From the IMG/VR virus record IMGVR_UViG_3300029448_000010, positions 19,931 through 83,930 of that record: a stretch of 64,000 bases of DNA. One strand, 5' to 3'. A model generated the notes under the pieces. The model did no database searches. It was not told the origin of the DNA and worked only from the letters and a program-made list of their open reading frames with translations. The position numbers were made by a program, and so were the translations under genes. Position 1 is the stretch's first letter. Every line of letters starts with the position of its first letter. This document shows, piece after piece, positions 27,209 through 35,983 of the stretch. The stretch is from a virus.

Positions 27209-27376
27209 ATGACACGCTGTAATTATTTAGAAGGCTGGTTCGATAAGGAATCTGCTAAATTAGACAAAGTTGAGAATGATTATGGTACTTGTTTAGTTAC
27301 AGGTCAAAAGAAAAAGGCTACTACTTTAACTAAGGCTCAAGCATGGGCCAAAGTATTCAGGAGGAATAAGGTATGA
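27209..27376 (+). CDS. Small hypothetical protein (55 aa)
   Basis: Not in the track; MTRCNYLEGWFD...; fills the gap and overlaps the next gene (ATGA). Confidence 0.55.
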   Translation: MTRCNYLEGWFDKESAKLDKVENDYGTCLVTGQKKKATTLTKAQAWAKVFRRNKV

Positions 27377-27885
27377 GTTGGCAAGATATAGTGAAAGTAT
27401 CAATTACAGAGGGTCTATTCAATCAGACAAAAGAAAAGATGAGAGACATAAAAGCACAGTTAAGTGGTTTAGAGAATAGTTATACGAAAACGGCTTTAGA
27501 CGAGATAGTTCATATCTATGAACAAGCAAAGAAGGCTCATAGGGAAAATAATAAAAAACTACTTGGATTTCATCTTAGAACAATGACAATAATAGGAAAA
27601 GACATATCAAACTACTTTGATGCACAAGATATAGTAAAAGGTTCAGATAATGAACGAAATATAAGTGCAGATTCTTTTAGAGAATACGGAAAGGCTTCAA
27701 AGGAAAACCCTACATCTGCAAAAGACGATATTTCAACCCGTTCTCCTGAATTACAAAAAGGCGCACGGACATATCCACAAGGTATTGAAAAGGTAGGCAA
27801 GTTATTTTCTAAAGGAAAAATCGACATGAAGAGATATACAGAACTTCGTAAAGAATTACAGGAAATATTCGGAGTGGGGGAATAG
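27373..27885 (+). CDS. Tagged hypothetical protein (MSWQDIVK)
   Basis: N-terminal tag; internal partial repeat AQDIVK. Confidence 0.7.
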   Translation: MSWQDIVKVSITEGLFNQTKEKMRDIKAQLSGLENSYTKTALDEIVHIYEQAKKAHRENNKKLLGFHLRTMTIIGKDISNYFDAQDIVKGSDNERNISADSFREYGKASKENPTSAKDDISTRSPELQKGARTYPQGIEKVGKLFSKGKIDMKRYTELRKELQEIFGVGE

Positions 27886-27886
27886 T

Positions 27887-28537
27887 ATGAGTTGGAAAAA
27901 TATACTAAAGAGAGAGAAAACACCCCTTGTCCCTGATGAAGCGATGTTTGATATTCCTACTGGGAATTTAAAAAGTCCTCCTGAAAGCAGGTATTTTGAA
28001 AATGCAAAGGTGACTTATATGGAATCTGGCCAATTTGTGTTTGATGAAATAGATAAAAGATATATAATGACTGATAAATACAAAAGAGGTGAAGTAGCGG
28101 CAGATAGAGCAACTATGGGAGAAATGGATGGAAGACAAGTTGTTTCTTTTGCCCCCCGCAGAGTGGCGAAAGATGCCTTTATTAAAGTCTTTGACCCCTA
28201 CATGGACTTTATGCAATCTTGGCATAATCTAGAAACTTTACAAGAAGCAAATAAAGAATGGGAATATCTAACCCATAGAGTTATGCTCACTGTTCACACC
28301 GCATTAAACAATTTATTCCCAACAGTGGAAGACGCATACAAGTCTAGAAAGTTAAATGGTTTCTTACATTGGAAAGGTGAATACTATCAGAATCTAATGA
28401 ATGAGAAACTACCTGATACTATGGAACAAATTAAACCAGCGAAGAAACAACCATCGAAGAAAGAGCCTCCAAAGAAAAGAGACTATATGGCTGAAAGAAG
28501 AGAAAAAATAAAGCGTCTTAGGAGGGATAGGAAATGA
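27887..28537 (+). CDS. Tagged hypothetical protein (MSWKNILK)
   Basis: N-terminal tag. Confidence 0.7.
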   Translation: MSWKNILKREKTPLVPDEAMFDIPTGNLKSPPESRYFENAKVTYMESGQFVFDEIDKRYIMTDKYKRGEVAADRATMGEMDGRQVVSFAPRRVAKDAFIKVFDPYMDFMQSWHNLETLQEANKEWEYLTHRVMLTVHTALNNLFPTVEDAYKSRKLNGFLHWKGEYYQNLMNEKLPDTMEQIKPAKKQPSKKEPPKKRDYMAERREKIKRLRRDRK

Positions 28538-28854
28538 GTTGGAAAAATATACTCAAAGACTCAAAAGCCGCTAATGAAGCACTAGAGATGGATTTCTTTA
28601 TGAATAATTTAGAAAAGGCTCTAAAGTATGAAACTCAAGATATTCGTTTTGCTGACTTTGGCACTAAACAAAAGGTGCTAGATATTGCTAAAAAAGATAA
28701 TTATAACCTACGGAATGCGGATGGAGATTATCACTTTATGACTCTTTCCGTTTCTGATTCTGAAGTAACCTTTGATGTTAAAAGAGGATTCATAGGGATG
28801 ATGGTAAGGTTTAGTTTTGAAGGCGATAAAGTCAAATTTAAAATAATTGGGTGA
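28534..28854 (+). CDS. Tagged hypothetical protein (MSWKNILK)
   Basis: N-terminal tag. Confidence 0.7.
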   Translation: MSWKNILKDSKAANEALEMDFFMNNLEKALKYETQDIRFADFGTKQKVLDIAKKDNYNLRNADGDYHFMTLSVSDSEVTFDVKRGFIGMMVRFSFEGDKVKFKIIG

Positions 28855-28859
28855 TTAAG

Positions 28860-29108
28860 ATGACATGGGAAGATATAATTAAAGTTGGGAGCCAAACATT
28901 CGACTATCGAGAAAGAGCCGGACAACAAATGGTTGCGGATAGAAAAAAACAAGAGTTGGAAAAACTACGACTTAAAACACAAAAAGAAATTAGCCAAATC
29001 TTGCGAGAAGTGCAGGAAAAACAAAAGTTGCTTGCTCAAAAGAAGAAGATACTAGAGGCAAAAGAAGTAGCAGATTTAGATGCTTTAGGTATCTCTTTAG
29101 GCAATTAG
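28860..29108 (+). CDS. Tagged coiled-coil protein (MTWEDIIK)
   Basis: Start after GGTGA SD. Confidence 0.7.
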   Translation: MTWEDIIKVGSQTFDYRERAGQQMVADRKKQELEKLRLKTQKEISQILREVQEKQKLLAQKKKILEAKEVADLDALGISLGN

Positions 29109-29116
29109 GTGATGCT

Positions 29117-29413
29117 ATGTCTTGGAAAGATTCTCTAAAGAAGTATAGAACCAATGTAAGTGGTTCAGGTATGATTCCTTTAGACCATGTACTAAAAGAC
29201 CATAGTGAATTAGGTTTGAAAATTAGAGGCCTTATGGGTGCAGTAGGTAGTCTTAGGAATAATATGCCACGAAGCGTTAGTAAAGTGATGGTTAAGTTAG
29301 ATAAAATAAAAGAAGAAATGTATAGAGTCGAACAACTTATTACTGCTATGAATGAGTCTTATTCTGCTATGGATAAAGAAGATTGGCAAAAGACAATGGA
29401 GGACTTAGAATGA
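29117..29413 (+). CDS. Tagged hypothetical protein (MSWKDSLK)
   Basis: N-terminal tag, GGTGA SD. Confidence 0.7.
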   Translation: MSWKDSLKKYRTNVSGSGMIPLDHVLKDHSELGLKIRGLMGAVGSLRNNMPRSVSKVMVKLDKIKEEMYRVEQLITAMNESYSAMDKEDWQKTMEDLE

Positions 29414-29781
29414 GTTGGTTTGATATTATTAAAATGATGACTCCTAGAGAGTTTTTACAGGCACTAAATCTAGATGGTGACATTAAAGGAAGTGTGGGTA
29501 AAGCAGGTACTAATATGTCATTACATCACGATGCTGGTTTTGTTAAAGTCAATCAATCTAAAAAAGGCCCGTACATCGTAAATGTTGATGGTGAAAGATT
29601 TACCGATTATAGTCTAAGTAAGATACTGCCTCAAGTTAAAGACCAAGTTAAAAAGTCCCAAACTTCTTATACAGATGTCTTGCTAAGAGAAGCAGGGGCG
29701 GTTAGTACGGCCACCCCTAGTATTATTAATGTAAGATATTCTAAGAAAAAGGAGGATGAGAAGGATGCCGTCACAGAGTAA
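29410..29781 (+). CDS. Tagged hypothetical protein (MSWFDIIK)
   Basis: Likely start 29410 (ATGA overlap, GGAGG SD). Confidence 0.7.
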   Translation: MSWFDIIKMMTPREFLQALNLDGDIKGSVGKAGTNMSLHHDAGFVKVNQSKKGPYIVNVDGERFTDYSLSKILPQVKDQVKKSQTSYTDVLLREAGAVSTATPSIINVRYSKKKEDEKDAVTE

Positions 29782-30892
29782 GAAGAAGAATATTCAAAGA
29801 GATGAGTACGGCAATACTATTGATTCTCCTACCTTAGATTTTATTATCGAATTTAAGAAATGGGAAAAGCAACTTAGAGGTATTAGTGCTAAACGGATTC
29901 AATCAGAAGGCCGAGAGAATAAAGACGGCTCTAGAAAAGCCGTTCCTAAAACCTTGTATGGTCAATTAAGACAACATGTTACTGCGGCATTCAGAAGACC
30001 TAATTCTGTAAATGCTGGAGATAAAGGCGCATATAAGTTATTAGATAAAATTACTAAAGCAATTAAGACTAGGACTGTTTTTACTGAAGAAGACCTAGAT
30101 GACCTTAAAGAGTTTCAAGATGACTTGACTGTATTTGAACAGGCAGAAGGAAAGTTAAATCCTAGAAATACTCTATTTACTACTCCTAAAAGTTTCGATG
30201 AAGTGGATGGAGAAGTAGTTCCTAGTGAAGCCACTAAGCCACTATACGGTCATTATGTGGATAAATTTTTTGTGAGAAAATATCCTAAAAAGGGATATAA
30301 AGTAAAAACTAAATGGTCTAATTCTAGTATGAATACTGCTAATCCACCATTGGCTCAAGCCTTATTTGCAGGGCCAAAAAGCCCAAGTGACTTAGGTATT
30401 GAAAAAGGATTAATTCAAATCGTCGATGATGCAATAGAGGAATTAGAAAGTGAAAAGATTAATCTATACACTATTGGAATTAAGAGAGCAGGGGCATTAG
30501 CAAGACTACCTTCTGTTAAGAAGTGGGTTAATTCTGCTATTAGAAATAAAAGATTCTATCCTGAAAACAGTGGTAAGATTAATTTGAGGGCTATTGGTAA
30601 TGCTCTATTGGCCCAGACTTTTCCTATTAAAAGTGAAGCCGAGCAAAAGGTGTTAATGATAGCCGCTACTAATAAGCAGGTAAATTATGCTCAAGATATA
30701 TTAAGATTCAAAGTAGGTCAAATTACACCTGCGGTCATGACTACTTTAATTAGAGAAGTTATTTCAAGAGGTTCGCAAGAACACATTAAAGTTAGAAATG
30801 GATATTATTTACAGTTAAGAGGATTGTCCGACCCTCCTTCTGAAACACATAAAGACATTAAAAAGAGTTGGATAGAAATGCTATGGGCGTGA
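29756..30892 (+). CDS. Hypothetical protein with tag-like C-terminus (KKSWIEML)
   Basis: 378-aa basic protein. Confidence 0.7.
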   Translation: MRRMPSQSKKKNIQRDEYGNTIDSPTLDFIIEFKKWEKQLRGISAKRIQSEGRENKDGSRKAVPKTLYGQLRQHVTAAFRRPNSVNAGDKGAYKLLDKITKAIKTRTVFTEEDLDDLKEFQDDLTVFEQAEGKLNPRNTLFTTPKSFDEVDGEVVPSEATKPLYGHYVDKFFVRKYPKKGYKVKTKWSNSSMNTANPPLAQALFAGPKSPSDLGIEKGLIQIVDDAIEELESEKINLYTIGIKRAGALARLPSVKKWVNSAIRNKRFYPENSGKINLRAIGNALLAQTFPIKSEAEQKVLMIAATNKQVNYAQDILRFKVGQITPAVMTTLIREVISRGSQEHIKVRNGYYLQLRGLSDPPSETHKDIKKSWIEMLWA

Positions 30893-30896
30893 TTAA

Positions 30897-31241
30897 ATGA
30901 ATTGGGAAAATATATTGAAGAAAGATATTAATTGGTTAGATGCGTTTCATAAATTCGGATTTAATGATGGAGAAAACTATACCGGACAAACAGAAGCAAT
31001 TGCTGGCTTTTTAGGAACGAAAGGATATTTGTCACATGTAACTAAATCAGGAGGTCATAATACTTTCATTAGAGCAATATATAAAACAACAATTGCCGAA
31101 GGATATGATAAAGAAAAGGTATATCCTCTTGATAGTGAAGAGTCCCGTAGTGGGGCAAGGGAAGATTTTGCACCTGAATTATTGAAATTATTAGATGACA
31201 GATATGGCAAATCAACAAAATCCGAAGGCATTACGAGTTGA
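30897..31241 (+). CDS. Tagged hypothetical protein (MNWENILK)
   Basis: N-terminal tag. Confidence 0.7.
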   Translation: MNWENILKKDINWLDAFHKFGFNDGENYTGQTEAIAGFLGTKGYLSHVTKSGGHNTFIRAIYKTTIAEGYDKEKVYPLDSEESRSGAREDFAPELLKLLDDRYGKSTKSEGITS

Positions 31242-31246
31242 TTAAA

Positions 31247-31507
31247 ATGAGTTGGGAAAATATTGTAAAACGCAGTAATTCTGATGAACTCGATAAGGTA
31301 TTAGACATGTATTCAGGACTAAAATTTATTGTAAATGATACTTATGCTGATATGATACCTTTTGTTTCTTTATTACAAAATGGTTCTTTAGAAGAGGCAA
31401 ATGATGAATGGAAAAAGATGCAGGGTAACATTAAGGATTTAGAAGGTTCACTGAGAGGCATGCAAGAAGTTAATGATTTTATTACTAAATTGTTAGGTGA
31501 TGCTTAA
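31247..31507 (+). CDS. Tagged coiled-coil protein (MSWENIVK)
   Basis: N-terminal tag. Confidence 0.7.
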   Translation: MSWENIVKRSNSDELDKVLDMYSGLKFIVNDTYADMIPFVSLLQNGSLEEANDEWKKMQGNIKDLEGSLRGMQEVNDFITKLLGDA

Positions 31508-32163
31508 TGATTACTCGCAAACGATGTGCCGTCTGTCAGCATGATGATAGAGAAGAATTAGAAGCCGCTTTAGAAGGCGCATTTATTTCCTGTGATGATT
31601 TAGATAATAGAGAAGGCTGGAGAAGCGGTACTTCTGCAAAGCATCTTAGAAATCACATGGGGGATTATACTAACAGTAGTAATCCTAAATGTAAATTGTG
31701 TGTTGACCCAATGAGGAAACATTACGAGGAAGCATTATCCGATGGTAATATCACTGCTGAAGGCGTTTCTCTAGCACTTGATGTTACTAAGGAACAGGTA
31801 CAGCGACACATGAAGCACCACTTAGCACCTTTGGTTCAACAATCTGCCGCCAACATTATAGCGAAAAAGGAAGTAAATGAAATCGAACTACTAAGTACTA
31901 ACATACAAAGGTTAGATGATAAGTTAGATGAGTTATTCAGGAATACAGAATTAGAACCTAGAGAGATAGATAGCCTAACTAAACTTGCTAAAGAAGTTAG
32001 AGAGAGTCTAAAGTATCTTATGGAGTTTAAGGGCAAACTTATTCACAAGAGACAAGACACAATTATTGTCGCACAAATGCAAGTTGTTCAAGAAGTCCTT
32101 GCACAAAACAATCCTGAGATATGGCTTGAGATTAAAAAGAAAATGCAGGAGAAATTACAATGA
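31507..32163 (+). CDS. Putative terminase small subunit / Zn-HTH DNA-binding protein
   Basis: Two CxxC...HxxxH HTH-like repeats followed by a coiled coil; untagged; upstream of terL. Confidence 0.5.
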   Translation: MITRKRCAVCQHDDREELEAALEGAFISCDDLDNREGWRSGTSAKHLRNHMGDYTNSSNPKCKLCVDPMRKHYEEALSDGNITAEGVSLALDVTKEQVQRHMKHHLAPLVQQSAANIIAKKEVNEIELLSTNIQRLDDKLDELFRNTELEPREIDSLTKLAKEVRESLKYLMEFKGKLIHKRQDTIIVAQMQVVQEVLAQNNPEIWLEIKKKMQEKLQ

Positions 32164-32396
32164 GTTGGTTTGATATATTGAAACAAGAATCGGTAAAAGC
32201 ATTGGTTGAAGATGCTTTAGATTTGCATAGTAGGGGTCGTGATTTTTACAAAGAAACTTATACAAAAGAAGATATTAAGCAAATGATGGACTTTTTCAAA
32301 AAGGAAAATAAAAGAGATAGGCTAGACCAATTTGATACGGACTATAATAGTAAAGCAATAAGACTACTAGAAAAAGCATTGGAGGAATTACAATGA
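32160..32396 (+). CDS. Tagged hypothetical protein (MSWFDILK)
   Basis: N-terminal tag. Confidence 0.7.
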   Translation: MSWFDILKQESVKALVEDALDLHSRGRDFYKETYTKEDIKQMMDFFKKENKRDRLDQFDTDYNSKAIRLLEKALEELQ

Positions 32397-32779
32397 GTTG
32401 GAAAGATATAATTAAAGCACCATTTGATGCACCTAGAAGAAGTAGGGCATTCAGGGCTAGAAGTAAGGCTGAAGAAGAAATAAGTGCAACAAAACCTAAA
32501 GAGGATTTATCCACTGACATTTCTGCTTTTGCTTCTAAGATTATTGACCCTCAGATGGAAAGATACGGTAGGGCTTTTGTGGATATAACAAAAAATAAAG
32601 ATTGGAAAGAATTTTCTGAATTATTGGATAAATACAAAGGTAAGGATAGACTAGCGAATGAACTCGGTAAATTATACAATACCAAAGTGTTCATTACCCA
32701 TAGGCCGTCTAAAGGCGACCCTAGAGATGAAGACTATGTTATTGATATTGGAGCAAACCACGAAGAAAGAGGTGCTTAA
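32393..32779 (+). CDS. Tagged hypothetical protein (MSWKDIIK)
   Basis: N-terminal tag. Confidence 0.7.
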   Translation: MSWKDIIKAPFDAPRRSRAFRARSKAEEEISATKPKEDLSTDISAFASKIIDPQMERYGRAFVDITKNKDWKEFSELLDKYKGKDRLANELGKLYNTKVFITHRPSKGDPRDEDYVIDIGANHEERGA

Positions 32780-32781
32780 TA

Positions 32782-33204
32782 ATGAGTTGGAAAGAAACAC
32801 TAAAAGCCCACTGCGGCACAGAGGAAAAATTAGAAGACGATGACCCATTTGAAAAACTAGTCGGTAATCAAGATGAAATAGATGCTGACGGTGATGGTAA
32901 AATAACAGGAAATGATTTTAAGATTCTAGGAAGAAAGTCTAAACTAAAGAAAGCAAGAGACATGAAGCAAGTCCCTCTATCTAATGGCAAGACCTATCCA
33001 CAGAATATTAGAATATTTGAAGCCACTTTGAAAAAAGAAGGTGGTGCGGCTGGTATTAAGAATTTAGTTGATGCAAGTAAACTATCAAAAAAAGAAGTGA
33101 AGGCTGTTCTTGATATAATGAAGAACATAAGGATTCACAAGTATGGAGACATTATTCTAATGGATGGATTACCTAAAGGAAAAGGGAGAGGGTTCACTGC
33201 ATGA
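32782..33204 (+). CDS. Tagged protein with EF-hand-like loop (MSWKETLK)
   Basis: IDADGDGKITGNDF = DxDxDG Ca-binding loop. Confidence 0.65.
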   Translation: MSWKETLKAHCGTEEKLEDDDPFEKLVGNQDEIDADGDGKITGNDFKILGRKSKLKKARDMKQVPLSNGKTYPQNIRIFEATLKKEGGAAGIKNLVDASKLSKKEVKAVLDIMKNIRIHKYGDIILMDGLPKGKGRGFTA

Positions 33205-33464
33205 GTTGGGAAAATATAATTAAAAGAGGCCGAAGTTATGGTCGTAAAAAAAGAGCCGCCGAACATAACGCACCTACTCTTAAACAAATAGAAGAATTAG
33301 AGAAAGACCTTGAAAAGCATAAGGTTGAATTATCAACTTTAGGAACAAGTCAGCAAATTGAAAGATATGGTTTTGAAACACAGATGAACAAGGTTCGCAA
33401 AAAAGAAAAAGTCATTCGTTCATTAGAAAGCAAAATAAAAGAATTAAAGGATAAACTGAAGTGA
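33201..33464 (+). CDS. Tagged coiled-coil protein (MSWENIIK)
   Basis: N-terminal tag. Confidence 0.7.
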   Translation: MSWENIIKRGRSYGRKKRAAEHNAPTLKQIEELEKDLEKHKVELSTLGTSQQIERYGFETQMNKVRKKEKVIRSLESKIKELKDKLK

Positions 33465-33468
33465 TAAC

Positions 33469-33870
33469 ATGGATTGGCATATTATTCTAAAGAAACTTGT
33501 GTGTCCTACGGCAACACAAGACCTGAAACTCAACACTAAAAATAGAGATAGGGCAATAAAAGAAAAACATATTCAATATGGCCCTCTCAATCTAAACGAT
33601 GAAAAGTATTGGGAAGAATATGCTAAGAAGTGGAATACTACTGCTGATGTGGCTAAGGAATCTAATTGTAGTAATTGTGTTGCATTTGACATATCTCCAA
33701 GAATGGATGACTGTATGCCACTAAATACAGACGAAGATGGCCGACTAGGTTATTGTTGGATGCACGATTTCAAATGCCATTCTGTGAGAACTTGTTATAC
33801 TTGGGCTAAAGGAGGCCCAATTGATGACGATAAGGCTTCTAAAGAAAATCAAATGAGAGGCCGCAGGTGA
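33469..33870 (+). CDS. Tagged Cys-rich protein, HiPIP-like metal-binding pattern (MDWHIILK)
   Basis: CSNCVAF...GYC...CYTW. Confidence 0.6.
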   Translation: MDWHIILKKLVCPTATQDLKLNTKNRDRAIKEKHIQYGPLNLNDEKYWEEYAKKWNTTADVAKESNCSNCVAFDISPRMDDCMPLNTDEDGRLGYCWMHDFKCHSVRTCYTWAKGGPIDDDKASKENQMRGRR

Positions 33871-33874
33871 TTGA

Positions 33875-35983
33875 ATGAAAAAATTTCCGGATAGTCTAAT
33901 TGAATTATTTGCTATGTTGGCTGACGATAAGCGAGCCAAAGTATTGTTTAACATTAAATCTAGCAAGGTTGGTAAAAAAAGCATTACTAACCCTGTATTC
34001 GATGGTATGGTAAATCACTTCAGGGCAAATGAAATTAGTCAAGATTCAGTTAGACAATATCTTAGGGATAATGATATTCTTGCAACTCTAATACCTAATT
34101 CTTTAGGTAAAGCCGAAAGACTACAATTACGAAGTAATATGGCTAACAATTTAGAAACTCTTATTCAGAATTTAGGTAAAAGACAATCCCGTGACCAAAC
34201 TCAACGCTTACTTGATGCTATCTTAGCAGATGATAATAAATCTAAAGCAGGTATTGTGGCTTTGAATGTGTTTATTAAGGATGCTAGCCCAAGAAAGATA
34301 AGGGAGATAAAAGATGATTACTTAACTCCCGAAATAAGACTAAACTTAATAGGAATTGTTGAAAAATACGCCTCCAAAAAGAAAAATTTTACTCCAAGTG
34401 ACTTCGATAAAGACACAATGATTAACTTAAATAACAATTTGATAACAATTCGCTCCACAGCAACAGAAATTGACGCAAAAGAACTCAATGACGAAGCCAA
34501 AAAGAACGGTTGGACTAGAGAATCGTCAGGTAATAGCGTTATTTTAAGAAAAATATTCAAAATGGGCGTTAAAACCACAGAAGAGTCACTAAGAAAGTTA
34601 ATTCAAGATGATTTACCTTCAGTTGAATCTGCTAATGATGGACAAAACACTCAAATTACTCAAAAACCATCAGATTTACGCAGATTATTGTATGGAAAAG
34701 AAGCAACTTTCAAAACAATAGGTGGTTTTTCTCAAATTGCGGCTAAAATGCAAGTTATACTAGAAGACTTCGGTACTGTTGATAAAGAAATCATAGAAAG
34801 TTGGTTTAAATTAGTGACAGAAGGTGTAGGTACGGGATTAAGTTCAGATGCGGAGTTTATGAAGGCAATTACTAACTTTAAAGTCAATGGTTCTTCTATG
34901 TATGGTAAGTTTTTAAGCGGAAAAACGCAATCAAAGAACCATAAGGCATCTTTTTATGTTAGAGAGTTATTGGAACAGCCTCTTAGTCAAAACTTATTCG
35001 ATGAAGTTATGAAAAACATCAAAGGTAGTCTTAGAGTGTCTAGGCAGAATTGGATAGCATGGAAAAAGGCTTCTTTAGATACTAAAAAAGAAAAAGATGC
35101 TTTTGAGATTGATGCTAGAAAGCCATTAACTGATGAATCTAGACAGGCTTTTGAAGAAACTTATCTTACAGCGACTAGAAATTCAATACAAGCGATTATG
35201 CTAGAATATCTCAAAGATGAGGAAGGATTAGAAATAAGCGATAGTGACTATGTTATATTAAATGAAAATCAGAAAAAGGAATCTCAAATAGCGTTAATAG
35301 AAGATTCAGAAATTATGGAAAAGATTTCTGCACTCCGTACTGACATATTAGACGATAAAGATGCTTTAATATTTTACAAGGATTGGTTGAAAGAAAACGA
35401 CTATGCTGAAGATTTAACCTTATTTAGAGAAAGAAGGATGGTATCTCAATTACCTACGAAAGAAACTGAGGAAATAGATTTTACTTATTTAGATACCGAG
35501 TCCGAATTGACTAGGGTTATATATTCTGTAATACATAATGCGCCAACCAAAGTCACAGAAGATAAAGACGGCGAGAAAGTCGAGAGGCCGATAGATGGTA
35601 TTTTCAGAAAATATTTAGGCAACAGGTCAAAGTTAGCAAAGTATGTAAAATCTAATAAGAAGGACATAAAAGAAGGTCTAGTAGTATTCTATCATATCTG
35701 TAATACTATGGGGTCTTCTTTGGTGACAGAAGCACAAGCCATAGACAAGCATACATCAAAAGGCTTATCTGCGGAAAACGAGTCGCTGCTAGCAGCAGTA
35801 AAGAAATTTGCCGCTAAAATGGAAAGAAGTCTTAAATTATTCAAAAATAGGTTTAAAGAAGAATTAGGCACAAGACTGAAAGATATAGCAGATAGCCCAA
35901 AAAAGTACCCTGCTGTTTATGATAAACAACCTTACATAACTAAACTAATTAAGTATTCACTGCTAAAGAGGCGACCACAATGA
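33875..35983 (+). CDS. Large hypothetical protein (possible internal virion protein)
   Basis: 702 aa, helical and charged; no recognisable motif. Confidence 0.7.
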   Translation: MKKFPDSLIELFAMLADDKRAKVLFNIKSSKVGKKSITNPVFDGMVNHFRANEISQDSVRQYLRDNDILATLIPNSLGKAERLQLRSNMANNLETLIQNLGKRQSRDQTQRLLDAILADDNKSKAGIVALNVFIKDASPRKIREIKDDYLTPEIRLNLIGIVEKYASKKKNFTPSDFDKDTMINLNNNLITIRSTATEIDAKELNDEAKKNGWTRESSGNSVILRKIFKMGVKTTEESLRKLIQDDLPSVESANDGQNTQITQKPSDLRRLLYGKEATFKTIGGFSQIAAKMQVILEDFGTVDKEIIESWFKLVTEGVGTGLSSDAEFMKAITNFKVNGSSMYGKFLSGKTQSKNHKASFYVRELLEQPLSQNLFDEVMKNIKGSLRVSRQNWIAWKKASLDTKKEKDAFEIDARKPLTDESRQAFEETYLTATRNSIQAIMLEYLKDEEGLEISDSDYVILNENQKKESQIALIEDSEIMEKISALRTDILDDKDALIFYKDWLKENDYAEDLTLFRERRMVSQLPTKETEEIDFTYLDTESELTRVIYSVIHNAPTKVTEDKDGEKVERPIDGIFRKYLGNRSKLAKYVKSNKKDIKEGLVVFYHICNTMGSSLVTEAQAIDKHTSKGLSAENESLLAAVKKFAAKMERSLKLFKNRFKEELGTRLKDIADSPKKYPAVYDKQPYITKLIKYSLLKRRPQ